Shown piece after piece: positions 21,573 to 31,926 of a stretch of 64,000 nt of DNA. The notes beneath the pieces are model-generated. The model was given only the letters and a program-made list of their open reading frames with translations. It did no database searches and was not told the DNA's origin. A program made the position numbers and the translations under genes. Within the stretch, counting starts at the first letter, position 1. Every line of letters begins with the position of its first letter. Source of the DNA: an uncultured Chloroflexia bacterium (GTDB lineage: Bacteria > Chloroflexota > Anaerolineae > CG2-30-64-16); assembly GCA_963810095.1 (NCBI GenBank), contig CAWEMM010000012.1, forward strand, positions 384,001 through 448,000, in the 5' to 3' direction.

Positions 21573-23157
21573 CTATTCGCGGTAGTGCGCGCCCATGCTC
21601 GACTTGTTTTCCCACGCAGCCTGGGCCACGATCAGCGCCGTATGCACCGCGTGCCGCAGCCCGATCAGCTCGTCGGTCAACTTGCTGCGCCGGTAGAAGT
21701 GCAGGATTTCCCCTTCCAGGTGCCGCAGCTCGCTGAGCGCGCGGTTCAAACGCGGGGTCGTGCGGATCAGGCCCACGTAGTTCCACATGATATGCTTGAT
21801 CGCGCTCATGTCCTGCTGGATCAAGGCCGGGTCGGGCGACTCAGACGCGGTGTCCTGCCAGGCCGGGATGTCGTCGGCCGGATAGCGCCCGGAAGGCTGA
21901 CGCCCGTTCGGGGCCAGGCAGCGCCCGATGTCCTCCGCCGCTCGGCGTCCCCACACCAACCCTTCGAGCAACGATGTGCTCGCCAGCCGGTTTGCGCCGT
22001 GGAGCCCCGTGCAGGAGACCTCGCCGACCGCATACAAGTTCTCGCAGCGTGGTCCGGCCCCATTCATCCGTCCATACTCCGCCGCAGGAATAGTGCGCGG
22101 CCGGAACGACCGGGACAAGGTCGCGCGTGATGTCGATGCCATACTCCCGACAGCTCTCGGCAATGGTCGGGAAGTGCGTGAGGATTTCGGCGCGCGCGAT
22201 ATACGAACGGAGGTCGAGATAGACGTGCGTCAGCCCCTTCGACAGCATCTCCCGATGGATGCTGCGTGCCACGATGTCGCGGGGCGCCAGGTCCTTCCAC
22301 TCCGGCGCATACCGCTGCATGAACGGCTCGCCCGTTGCGCTTACCAGCTTGGCGCCCGCCCCGCGCACCGCCTCGGAGATCAGGAAGTTGGGCGCACCTT
22401 CCTTGTGGAATGTTGTGGGGTGAAACTGGATGAACTCCATATTGATGATCCGTGCGCCCGCGTTCCACGCCATCGCGACCCCGTCGCCGCGCGAACCGAC
22501 GGGGTTGGACGTGCGAAGGAAGATTTGCCCGAGGCCGCCGGTCGCCAACACCGTCTTGTTGGCCAGGATGCGCTTCACCTGGCCGGATTCCCCGTCATAG
22601 AGGTAGGCCCCCACACACGCCCGCGGTTCATAGACGCACAGTCGATTCAAAGCGTGGTGCGATGGGGTGAGCAGGTCGACCGCGGTGTGGCCGGTCAGGA
22701 GCGTGATGTTGGGATGGCTGGCCAGCGCCCGCGCCAGGCACACCTCGATTGCCTCGCCCGTGTGATCCGCGACATGCAAGATGCGGGGCAGCGTGTGGCC
22801 GCCTTCGCGCGCGAGTGAATACGCGCCGTCCGGGTTACGGTCGAACTGCACGCCGGCACGCTCGATCAGCACGTCCTCGACGGCGGCAGGCCCCTCCTCC
22901 GAGAGCAGCCGGACCGCCGGTGGGTAGCTGTGGCCGGCGCCGGCCCGCAGGATGTCCTCGGCCAACGCTTCCGGGCTGTCGTCGACGCCCTTATAGATGA
23001 TGCCGCCCTGGGCGTAGTAACTGTTGCTTTCCTGCGGCTCTTCCGCCCGGGTCGCGACGAGCACGTGCGCGCCCTTGTCGGCCAAGCCGAGCGCAGCCGT
23101 GGCGCCGGCAATCCCGGAGCCGAGGACGAGGACATCGGTTTCGATCAGTTCAGGCAT
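21573..23157 (-). CDS. nadB: L-aspartate oxidase (one frameshift near 22045)
   Basis: GSGIAG, YAQGG, EGGH, QFHPT, SEAVRG, HYSCGG in ORF 21841..23157; LYAVGEVSCTGLHGANRLASTSLLEG and GAHYR in ORF 21573..22163. Confidence 0.9.
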
Positions 23158-23535
23158 GCTTCGCCTCTTTGCAGTCTTTCAACACAAAGGCACAAAGACA
23201 CGACGAAAACAGGATGTCTTTGTGCCCTCGTGTCTTTGTGCTAAAACGGGCCTACCGCGAGTTCAGCGCGCGATTCGATCAGTTCAGGCGTGCTTCGCCT
23301 CTTTGCACTCTCTCAACACAAAGGCACAAAGACCGACGAAAACAGGATGTCTTTGTGCCCTGGTGTCTTTGTGCTAAAACGGGCCTACCGCGAGTTCAGC
23401 GCGATTCGATCAGTTCAGGCGTGCTTCGCCTCTTTGCACTCTCTCAACACAAAGGCACAAAGACCGACGAAAACAGGATGTCTTTGTGCCCTGGTGTCTT
23501 TGTGTTGAAACGGGCCTACCTTGCGTTCATCGCGC
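23140..23535. repeat. Tandem triplication, ~131-134-bp unit containing an ACACAAAG-family IR
   Basis: Units start TTCGATCAGTTCAGGC at 23140, 23274 and 23405; each has CACAAAGGCACAAAGAC...GTCTTTGTGCCC. Confidence 0.92.
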
Positions 23536-26500
23536 GCCAGACGCGTTCGGGTGTGGCCGGGATCTGGTACAGCGGCGCGCCGACAGCATCGTAGATGGCG
23601 TTAGCGATCGCCGGCGCCACCCCGTCCATCGGCACCTCGCCCACCGCCTTAACGCCGAACGGATGCGTCGGCTCGATCGTCTGGATGAACTCCGTGACGA
23701 TCTCGGGCATTTCGTCGGCAGTGAAGATGTGATAATCCCGCAGGTCGCGCATGATTGGCCGACCCGCCGCATCGAACGGCATTTCCTCGGTCAAGGCGTA
23801 GCCCAACTGCTGGGTCACCGCGCCCTCCACCTGGCCCGTGGCCGTGACGGGGTTGACGATGACGCCCGAGTCCTGCACGGTGACGATCCGCTCAACCCGC
23901 ACCTCGCCCGTCTGCGTATCCACGATGACCTCGGCGAACTGCGCGGTGAACGGCGGCGGCGAGACCGGGGAGTTGAACGAGGCAACTGCCATGATCTGGC
24001 GCTGGTTCGAGGAGTGCAGTGAACGCAAGGCGATCTGTTCGAGCGTCACGCTGCGGCCATCCGGTGCGAACGCCTTACGGTCCGCCAGGCGGACGTCGTC
24101 GGGCGAGACTTCGTCGCCCAGGAACTCGACCGCGACCTCGCGGATCATCTCCGCCACCTGTTGGGCCGCCCGCGTTGCCGCCGCACCCGAGATGAAGGTC
24201 GTCGAAGAGGCGTACGCCCCCACGTCAAACGGAGTAAAGTCCGTATCTGATGAGTAGACGATGATGTCGTCTACCTCGCAGCCAACGGTCTCGGCTACCA
24301 TCTGTGCCAGCACCGTGTCTGACCCCGTACCGATGTCGGTCGCACCGATCAGCAGGTTGAAGGAGCCGTCATCGTTCATCTTGAGCGACGCGCCGCCCAT
24401 GTCGATGTAAGGGATGGCGGTGCCCTGCATGGCCAGGGCCACTCCTAACCCCCGGCGCAGGTGGGGCATGCCCGGCACGGTTCGCCAGTCGTTGCCCGCG
24501 CGCTTCTCGGCCCAACCGACGATCTCCGCACCCCGGCGGGCGGCTTCCTCCAGCGCGCACGTCTCGATGTACTCGGGATGCGGCTCACGGCCCTCGGACC
24601 ACGCCTTCGAGAACGGCTGCGGCTCGCCCGCGCGCACCGCGTTCTTCAGCCGAAACTCGATCGGGTCCAAGTCGAGTGCGCGCGCGATGCGCTCCATCTG
24701 CGTGTCCACGGGGAAGTAACCCTGTGGCACGCCGTAGCCCCGGAAGGCCCCGGCGGGCACGGTGTTCGTGTATACGGTGTCGGCCACGAAGCGGATGTTC
24801 GGACTCGTGCGGTACGGCCCGTCCCCCACATAGAGCGCCATCGACTTGTGCCCCGTGTTGCCCGCGACCGTCAGGGCGTGTGAGCCGTACGCGCCGGTGT
24901 CCGAGATCAGGTACATTTCGTTCGCGGTGACCGTGCCGTCTTCCTTGACGCCCGTCTTCACCCGCACATACATCGGGTGGCGCGACCGCGAGGCGATGAA
25001 TTCCTCCTCGCGGCTGTACTCCAGCCGCACGGGGCGGCCGGTGGCGATGGTCAGGTGGCCGGCCGCGTCCTCGATCATCACTTCCTGCTTGCCGCCGAAC
25101 CCGCCGCCGACCCGCGGCTTAATCACCCGAATACGCTTCACCGGCAGGCCGAGGATGGGAGCCAGGATGCGGCGAGCGTGGAACGGAACCTGCGTGGAGG
25201 TGCGGACGACCAACCGGTCGTCTTCATCCCAGTAGGTGACCACGACGTGCGGCTCGATATGAACATGCTGGACCTTCGGGACGAAATATTCGCCCTCAAA
25301 GATATGGTCAGCCTCGGCAAAGCCCTGGTCCACGTCGCCGATGTCCACATGGATATGTGCGGCGACGTTGCGGGCGCGGTCCGACTCCGCGAACTCGACA
25401 AAGTCGTCCTCGTCATGGATCAGGGGCGCACCCGGCTTCATCGCATCGCGAGCGTCGATAATGGCCGGCAGTTCCTCGTACTCGACCTCGATCAGATCGA
25501 GTGCCTGCTGTGCGATCTCCTCCGTCTCCGCCGCCACCAGCGCAACCCGGTCGCCCACAAAGCGCACTTTTGAGTCCAGGGAAAAGGTATCGAGGGGCGA
25601 AGGGAGCGGATGTGTCTGGCCTGCAGTCGAGTGGGCCACCCGAGGGATGTCCCGGTAGGTCAGCACCGCGGCAACGCCGGGCAGCGCCCGGGCCTTCGTC
25701 ACGTCGATGGACTTGATGCGGGCGTGTGCGACGGGGCTGTGCAGGATTTTGCCCACCAGCAGGCCGCGCAGCTCGATATCGTCGACAAAGGCCGGCTTGC
25801 CCTGCGCCAGCTTCACCGCGTCGACCTTCTGTGCCGGCTTGCCAACGACGCGCAGCTCCGAGGGCTCATGGGTCACGAGAATGACCGGCGTCTCGGTCAG
25901 CGTGTTGAGGTCCGTATCCGCCGGCCCCACAGGGTCGCGGCCCGAGCGGTGCGGCGCTGGCGGCTCATCCAACCGGAAGTCGACCGGGATCCCGCCCTCT
26001 GGTTCGCCGCCTCCGGTCGCGGGGCTGACGTGCGAGGGCTGGGGCGGAACTTCCTCGCCGCGCAGCCGTGCGGCCGCGGCGAGGACCGCCTGCACCGGCT
26101 TGAGGTAGCCCGTGCAGCGGCACAGCACGCCCGACAGTGCCTCGCGCACTTCCTGCTCGCTCACCGGCTGAGCCGTCCCATCGGCGTAGCCCTTGCTGAC
26201 CAGGAGCGCTTGGGCCGCCAGGAGCTGCGCCGGGGTGCAGTAACCACATTGCACGGCGCCCGCCTCGATGAACGCTTGCTGCAGCGGGTGCAAGCCCGGC
26301 GTCCTCTTCCAGCCCTGCTCAGCAACCTGCCCCAGCCCTTCGATCGTCTGGATCGAGTGGCCGGCCGCTTGCGGCAAGAGCAGGTGGCACGAATTGACCT
26401 GCTCACCGTCGAACAGGACGGCGCATGCACCGCACTCGCCGTGATCGCAGCCGTGCTTGACGCTCAGGAAGCCAGCCGCTCGCAGCGCGTCCAGTAACGT

Positions 26501-26560
26501 CGTTCCGATTTCGCCTTCGAGCGTAATGCCCTTGCCGTTGATCGTGGTCTCGACTTGCAT
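23516..26560 (-). CDS. Xanthine dehydrogenase-family molybdopterin subunit fused to 2x[2Fe-2S] domain (XdhD/YgfN-like)
   Basis: GCDHGECGAC, QCGYCTP, CRCTGY, GGGFGGK, AFRGYG, KAVGE. Confidence 0.9.
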   Translation of the reverse strand: MQVETTINGKGITLEGEIGTTLLDALRAAGFLSVKHGCDHGECGACAVLFDGEQVNSCHLLLPQAAGHSIQTIEGLGQVAEQGWKRTPGLHPLQQAFIEAGAVQCGYCTPAQLLAAQALLVSKGYADGTAQPVSEQEVREALSGVLCRCTGYLKPVQAVLAAAARLRGEEVPPQPSHVSPATGGGEPEGGIPVDFRLDEPPAPHRSGRDPVGPADTDLNTLTETPVILVTHEPSELRVVGKPAQKVDAVKLAQGKPAFVDDIELRGLLVGKILHSPVAHARIKSIDVTKARALPGVAAVLTYRDIPRVAHSTAGQTHPLPSPLDTFSLDSKVRFVGDRVALVAAETEEIAQQALDLIEVEYEELPAIIDARDAMKPGAPLIHDEDDFVEFAESDRARNVAAHIHVDIGDVDQGFAEADHIFEGEYFVPKVQHVHIEPHVVVTYWDEDDRLVVRTSTQVPFHARRILAPILGLPVKRIRVIKPRVGGGFGGKQEVMIEDAAGHLTIATGRPVRLEYSREEEFIASRSRHPMYVRVKTGVKEDGTVTANEMYLISDTGAYGSHALTVAGNTGHKSMALYVGDGPYRTSPNIRFVADTVYTNTVPAGAFRGYGVPQGYFPVDTQMERIARALDLDPIEFRLKNAVRAGEPQPFSKAWSEGREPHPEYIETCALEEAARRGAEIVGWAEKRAGNDWRTVPGMPHLRRGLGVALAMQGTAIPYIDMGGASLKMNDDGSFNLLIGATDIGTGSDTVLAQMVAETVGCEVDDIIVYSSDTDFTPFDVGAYASSTTFISGAAATRAAQQVAEMIREVAVEFLGDEVSPDDVRLADRKAFAPDGRSVTLEQIALRSLHSSNQRQIMAVASFNSPVSPPPFTAQFAEVIVDTQTGEVRVERIVTVQDSGVIVNPVTATGQVEGAVTQQLGYALTEEMPFDAAGRPIMRDLRDYHIFTADEMPEIVTEFIQTIEPTHPFGVKAVGEVPMDGVAPAIANAIYDAVGAPLYQIPATPERVWRAMNAR

Positions 26561-26561
26561 T

Positions 26562-27380
26562 TCAGGCCTCCTCGCCGGCAGGGCTCTCGCCCGTCAGTTC
26601 CGCGGCGGCTCGGCGCACCAGCAGGGGTAGCATGGCATTGCGATACTCGGCCGTGCCCCGGCCGTCATCGTGCCAGTCAGCGTGAAGCAGCACGGCCGAA
26701 ATGGCGGCAAGGTCTGCATGGGGCGCACCGTCCAGCAATTGCGCCGCGCCCGCTAGCGTGACAAGCGGCTGATCTGCGCCCGTAGCAGCCACGATGAAGT
26801 TGCGGGGGGTTCCTTCATCCGGGCTGACCTCTGCGGCGACGGCAACGCAGAGAATGGGCAGGTCGGCCGGAGTGCGACTGATCTCGGCGAAAGCGACGCG
26901 GCGCGTTGCGGGCAGAAGGACGGCGGTGATGAGATCGCCGTTGATCAGCCGGGTCTGCGCGTAAGATGCGAGCGAAACCAGCCGGTGCCCCGGCTCCAGC
27001 TTCATCCGGGCTTGCAGGGCCAGCAGGCAGGCAAAGAGCGCCCCCGTATCACGGGTGGCGATCATTCCGCCGACGGTTCCACGCTGACGAAAGTTGCGTG
27101 GCGCCTGGCGGCGGGCCGCGTCGCGTAGCGCGCTCGGCAGGGCCTCGTTCGAAGCGAGCGCCTCGAGCGTGACTGTCGCGCCGATCTCCCAGCCCGCATC
27201 GCTGCGCTTGACGGCATCCAGGCCGAGCCCCGACAGGTCGACCAGGGCTTCGGGCCACTTGATGCCGCGGCGGAAATGCGCCCCGCCGGCAAGAGGTCGC
27301 GTCCGGGGCGAAGGCCGCCCCAGCAGGGCCAGCGCCGCGTCAACGGTGGCCGGCCGGTGGTACTCAAGAATGGGCGTCAC
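26562..27380 (-). CDS. FAD-binding subunit of molybdenum hydroxylase (YgfM/CoxM-like)
   Basis: EYHRP, LAGG, IGATVTL, GTVGG, DGRGTAEYR; 1 nt from the Mo subunit start. Confidence 0.82.
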   Translation of the reverse strand: MTPILEYHRPATVDAALALLGRPSPRTRPLAGGAHFRRGIKWPEALVDLSGLGLDAVKRSDAGWEIGATVTLEALASNEALPSALRDAARRQAPRNFRQRGTVGGMIATRDTGALFACLLALQARMKLEPGHRLVSLASYAQTRLINGDLITAVLLPATRRVAFAEISRTPADLPILCVAVAAEVSPDEGTPRNFIVAATGADQPLVTLAGAAQLLDGAPHADLAAISAVLLHADWHDDGRGTAEYRNAMLPLLVRRAAAELTGESPAGEEA

Positions 27381-27438
27381 GAGATAAGCTCCTCGTCGGG
27401 CTTGATGGCTTTTGGGTGGCGAATTGAACCGAGAGCTA

Positions 27439-28530
27439 TTACCCGATGTCCAGCATCCGGCGCACCGCGCGGTACGCCCGGACCCGGATCTCCTCGGGCA
27501 CCTCGGTCACATACTGCATGTACTTGAGCGCATCGCGGGTCATTTCCAGCGTGATCTGGTTCATGTGCGGGCAGCGAACGCTGCACAGCCGCAGCATCTC
27601 CTTGTGCGGGTTCGCAGCGGCGACGTTCTCGCCCATCGAGCACTCGGTCAGCAACAGGTATCGGGGGGCATCCGTCTTCTCGACGTAGCGGATCATCGCG
27701 TTTGTGCTGCCCGAGAAGTCAGACGCGGCGACCACCTCGGGGCTGCACTCGGGATGCGTCAGGATCACCACGTCGGGAAACTGCGTGCGCACCGCCTGTA
27801 TGTCGGCGACCGTGAACTTTTCGTGGACCTCGCAGCGCCCGCCCCAGCCCACCATATCGAACGGACCGGTGTCATCCACGATCAACTCCCCGTCGGCACC
27901 CCCGCCCGTGGCGGGGCGCTTCCGGGGGATGATGATGCGCTTGCCGCTCTCGCGCGCCACGTTACGCGCCAGGTACTCGTCGGGAAGGAAGATGAAGGTA
28001 TCCGCCCCCAACGACTTTGCCACCTCAACCGCGTTGCCCGACGTGCAGCAAACATCGCTCTCCGCCTTAACGTCGGCATAGGTGTTCACATACGTCACGA
28101 CCGGCACCCCTGGGAAGCGGGCCTTGAGCGCGCGCACGTCCTCCGCGGTGATACTGGCGGCGAGCGAGCAGCCCGCCTTGAGCGAGGGGATCAAGACGGT
28201 CTTGGACGGGTTCAGGATCTTGGCCGTCTCGGCCATGAACCGGACCCCACAGAAGACAATCACATCCTTGTCGGTCTGCGCGGCCTTCCGCGATAAATCC
28301 AACGAATCACCCACGAAATCGGGTACGGAGTGGAATAGTGCGGGCTCCATGTAGTTGTGGCCGAGGATGACCGCGTTGCGTTCGACCTTCAGCTGGTTGA
28401 TCTCATAGGCCAGCTCGGCTTTGACGCGCAGCTCGAAATCTGGCGTGTACTCGCCGATGCGCGCCTTGAGCTCGCGGTAGATATCGTCGACCGACATCCG
28501 GGTCCGGTCGATTGACTCCAATGTCGTCAT
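27439..28530 (-). CDS. nadA: Quinolinate synthase
   Basis: HNY, GDSL, CGVRFMAE, AGCSLA, YVNT, CEVH, HPEC, CPHM. Confidence 0.95.
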   Translation of the reverse strand: MTTLESIDRTRMSVDDIYRELKARIGEYTPDFELRVKAELAYEINQLKVERNAVILGHNYMEPALFHSVPDFVGDSLDLSRKAAQTDKDVIVFCGVRFMAETAKILNPSKTVLIPSLKAGCSLAASITAEDVRALKARFPGVPVVTYVNTYADVKAESDVCCTSGNAVEVAKSLGADTFIFLPDEYLARNVARESGKRIIIPRKRPATGGGADGELIVDDTGPFDMVGWGGRCEVHEKFTVADIQAVRTQFPDVVILTHPECSPEVVAASDFSGSTNAMIRYVEKTDAPRYLLLTECSMGENVAAANPHKEMLRLCSVRCPHMNQITLEMTRDALKYMQYVTEVPEEIRVRAYRAVRRMLDIG

Positions 28531-28594
28531 AACCGCTCCTGGGATTGCAGGTTGAGGTTCGCAGGCAGCAAATCAATCTGCAACTAGAGTTTCT

Positions 28595-29461
28595 TCAGTC
28601 CGTGAGGTCCAGGCTGATGTCCAGTGCCGCGACCGAGTGCGTCAGTGCGCCGACGGAGATGAAGTCCACGCCCGTCTCGGCCACCTCCCGCACGCTCTCC
28701 ATGTTGATGCCGCCCGAGGCCTCGAGGGGCACCCGCGCGTCGGCCACGCGCACCGCCTCGCGCATGACCTCGGGCGACATGTTGTCGAGAAGAATCCTGT
28801 CCGCACCCGCGTCGAGCGCCTCCGCAAGTTGGTCCAGGTCGGTCACCTCGACCTCAATCTGCCGGCCGCGGTCGTCGCCCCCGTCCAGGCCGGCCCGGAC
28901 CAGGCGCACCGCCTCTGCGACCGAGCCGACCGCGGCGATGTGGTTGTCCTTGATCAGCGCCATGTCATACAGGCCGCTCCGGTGGTTCCTGCCCCCGCCC
29001 AGTCGCACGGCCCACTTGTCGAGCACACGCAGCCCGGGCACGGTCTTGCGGGTATCGAGGATCGTCGCGTGCGTTCCCGCCACAGCATCGACATACGCCC
29101 GGGTTGCCGTGGCGATGCCCGACATGCGCTGCAAGAAGTTGAGTGCCACACGTTCGCCGGTCAGGATTGCGCGGCCCGGCCCGGAGACCTGGGCGATCAC
29201 CTGTCCACGCTCGACACACAGCCCGTCCCCGATCAGTACAAGCAACTCGACGCGGGGATCCAGCAGGGCAAACGTGCGCCAGACGACATGGATGCCGGCC
29301 ACCACACCCGTCTCCTTGGCCAGGAAACGACCCGTGAGCCGGGCGTCCTCGGGGATGGTGTTCTCCGTCGTCACGTCGCCGTCGCCGATATCTTCGGCCA
29401 GGGCGGCGAGGACAATGCGGTCAATGTCGGCTTGCAGCGGGACGCCCTGTTCGTCGATCAT
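28595..29461 (-). CDS. nadC: Nicotinate-nucleotide pyrophosphorylase (quinolinate PRTase)
   Basis: EDIGDGDVT, ERVALNFLQRMSGIAT, DTRKT, KDNH, LDN, EASGG; AGGAG before ATG 29461. Confidence 0.95.
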   Translation of the reverse strand: MIDEQGVPLQADIDRIVLAALAEDIGDGDVTTENTIPEDARLTGRFLAKETGVVAGIHVVWRTFALLDPRVELLVLIGDGLCVERGQVIAQVSGPGRAILTGERVALNFLQRMSGIATATRAYVDAVAGTHATILDTRKTVPGLRVLDKWAVRLGGGRNHRSGLYDMALIKDNHIAAVGSVAEAVRLVRAGLDGGDDRGRQIEVEVTDLDQLAEALDAGADRILLDNMSPEVMREAVRVADARVPLEASGGINMESVREVAETGVDFISVGALTHSVAALDISLDLTD

Positions 29462-29630
29462 GCTCTCACTCCTACCCCTAAAGATACCACAGACGACACT
29501 GGATGGGAAGGAACGCGCAAGGATCGCGACGGCCGCAAGGAGCGGGATGATTGTCAACGGGCTGTCGGTCATTTATCCGGAAGCACCCGCCGTCTTCGGC
29601 TATCCTCGCGGGTGAACGAAAGGAGCGTAA

Positions 29631-30005
29631 GTGAACGTCATCCTCTGGGCACTGCAAATCATCCTCGCCATCAAACTGTTGTCGGCCGCGTTCACGCACG
29701 GGCTGCGGCCCGACTACGCCAAGATGCAGCGGGGCCTGGCGCGCTTCGGCGCCGCCACGTGCCCGCTCCTGGTGGTGATCGCCGTCGCCGCCTTGCTCGG
29801 TGCCGCGGCCCTCATTCTGCCCACGGCCCTGGGCCTCGACCCGGCTTTGACGGGATGGGCAGCGGCTGTCGTCGCCGTCTTCATGCTGCTGGCGGTCGCA
29901 TTCCACGCGGGCTGTCGGGAGAAGCAGAGTTGGCCGGTCAGCCTTGTGCTGGCTGCAATGGCCGGCTTCGTCGCCTACGGGCGCCTGGTCATCGCACCGC
30001 TTTAG
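29631..30005 (+). CDS. DoxX-like membrane protein
   Basis: MNVILWALQIILA, four TM helices, AVAFH; AAGGAG SD. Confidence 0.75.
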   Translation: MNVILWALQIILAIKLLSAAFTHGLRPDYAKMQRGLARFGAATCPLLVVIAVAALLGAAALILPTALGLDPALTGWAAAVVAVFMLLAVAFHAGCREKQSWPVSLVLAAMAGFVAYGRLVIAPL

Positions 30006-30967
30006 GCTTCGTGGCGCCGGGGAAGGCGACCGGGGTCAGGGTAACCTGGCCCTGGAGCGCGTCGACCGCGGCCGGCTCGGGCAGGCTGTGGCCGGGGCGC
30101 GCGATGGCGGCTGCCGCAAACGCGGTCGCGAGCCGGGCTGTGTCGGCCAGAGCGAAGCCGCGTAGCTTACCCACGACGATCCCGGCCACCATCGCGTCGC
30201 CCGCCCCGACGGTGCTGACCACCTCCACCTGAGGCGGCCTGGCCCACAGCGCCGTGTCTGCCTCGACGAACAGCGCCCCCTCCCGGCCCATTGAAACGAC
30301 GACCGTGCCGATCCCGTGCCGGCGGATCAGCTCGCGGCCGGCGTCGAGAATGGCCGCCGGCGACCCGAGCGGCTTGCCCATCAACTCCGCCAACTCCTCC
30401 ACGTTCGGTTTGATCACTCGGGGAGCTGCCGCAAGCGCCCGACGCAGGCCCTCCCCGCTTGTGTCGAGAATGACCTGGCGCTCGCCGAGCGCCCGCACGA
30501 TCTCGGCATAGACATTCTGCGACAAGCCGGGCGGAACGCTGCCGGAAAGCACGAACCAATCGCACGTGCTCTGCCAGGCCGGCCAGTGTGGCAAAGAGGC
30601 GTTCGAGGTCCTCAGGACCGGGTGTCTGGCCCGGGAAGTTGATGTCGGTGGTCTGGCGAAGGGCCGGATCGGTGATCTTGAGCCCGGTGCGCGTCTGACC
30701 CGGGATGCGTACGCAGCGATCCTCGATCCCTTTCGAGTGGAACAGCTGGCCAAAGATGGCCTGGTTCTCCGCACCCAGGAAGCCTGTGACGGTGGCCGGC
30801 ACGCCGTAGTCGGCCAGGAAGGAGGCCACGTTGATCCCTTTGCCGCCCGCATCGATGCGCGACGACTGCACCCGGTTAACCGCGCCCGCGGCAAAGCCGG
30901 GGATGACCAGGGTCTGGTCGATGGCCGGATTGAGCGTGACGGTGACGATGCGGGGCGTCTCAGACAT
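29989..30967 (-). CDS. 1-phosphofructokinase-family hexose kinase (PfkB; one frameshift near 30570)
   Basis: TVTLNPAID, GGKGINVA in ORF 30167..30967; SGSVPPG, DTSG, KPNVEEL, TVGAGD in ORF 29989..30975. Confidence 0.88.
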
Positions 30968-31101
30968 GTCGCCATTCTACTGCAAAGACAGGCATTTGCC
31001 GACCCGAGGGGCGCGGGACCTCGAGCTGCGTCGCGCCCGTCTGTCCTCCATGCGCCTGCGCGTCGTCGTGCCGTTGCCGACCGCGTGGGGCTGGGGCGCG
31101 C

Positions 31102-31131
31102 AAAGGGGGACGGGTTCGCCCATCCCCCTTT
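31102..31131 (-). terminator. Intrinsic terminator hairpin after the PA14 gene
   Basis: AAAGGGGGACGGG-TTCG-CCCATCCCCCTTT (plus-strand view). Confidence 0.6.
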
Positions 31132-31155
31132 ACATGTCAGCGGTTCACCGGAGGC

Positions 31156-31922
31156 TTACTTCGGGAACCACCCCGCCAGCGTCTTCGAGCATCTGTAGTT
31201 CTGCGCGGGCTGCTGCGCGCTCACGTAGAAGGTCTGCTCGATATCGGCCGGGCCGCAGACGTTCCAGGACTGGATCTGGTTCTCCAACGAGATCGAGCCG
31301 TAGTCCAGGTTCCAGGTCGGGATGAAGCACTCTTTCTGGTGCCAGTTGTTCTGGATGCACGGCGTGAAGTCGCCGAACTCCGTCACCACGCTCGTCTGTG
31401 AGGGCGGCAGCGACGGCCAGAGTTGGCCCGGAGGCGCCGGGGTCGGGGCGCGCAGGTCGAGCAGGTCGACCAGCTGACGAACACATACGCCAGCTGCGTG
31501 AACTCCCGGTACAGCACCTCGATGCGGTGCTGCCCCTGCCACATGGCGACCGGCACCGTGAAGGACTTGCCCGACTGGCCCTGGCCGCGGGTGTCAAACA
31601 CCGTGTTGCCGTCGATGATCAGCGTGATCTCGTCGTCGGCGACCAGGGTGAAGTAGTACGTCGTCCCGTTGAAGTTCGCGTCGGTGTTGAACCGCGCCGT
31701 GAAGTTGTCGGGCGGCACCGCCGGACCCGGCGAGCCGTAGCCCCAGTCGAGCGAGACGAAGCTGATCTGCTGCGTCTGGACCGGCGAACCGGACCAGTTC
31801 GGGTTGTTCCAGTAATCCGCACCCCAGATGTTGCCGCTCTGGGATTGGGCCGGGGTGACGCTGGCGACGACCGCCAGGCCCACCACCAGCACCAAGGCAA
31901 TGGGGAGAAGAAGTCGTTTCAT
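31156..31922 (-). CDS. Secreted PA14-domain protein with Cys-containing C-terminal domain (frameshift in C-run 31445-31448)
   Basis: Signal peptide; WGADYWNN, DWGYGSP, DNFTARF, ADD, YRE PA14 motifs. One added C joins the Pro-rich linker to ORF 31156..31542. Confidence 0.75.
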
Positions 31923-31926
31923 GAGG

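Noticed and set aside
23140-23535. CRISPR array
   Set aside because: Units are near-identical over ~132 bp with no unique spacers, and there are no cas genes in the window.
23024-23594. Repetitive plus-strand ORFs (NTKAQR.../QHKGTK...)
   Set aside because: These are translations of the tandem repeat, antisense to the operon, with no SD.
23516-26560. Aerobic CO dehydrogenase large subunit
   Set aside because: The active-site loop is AFRGYG, not AYxCSFR.
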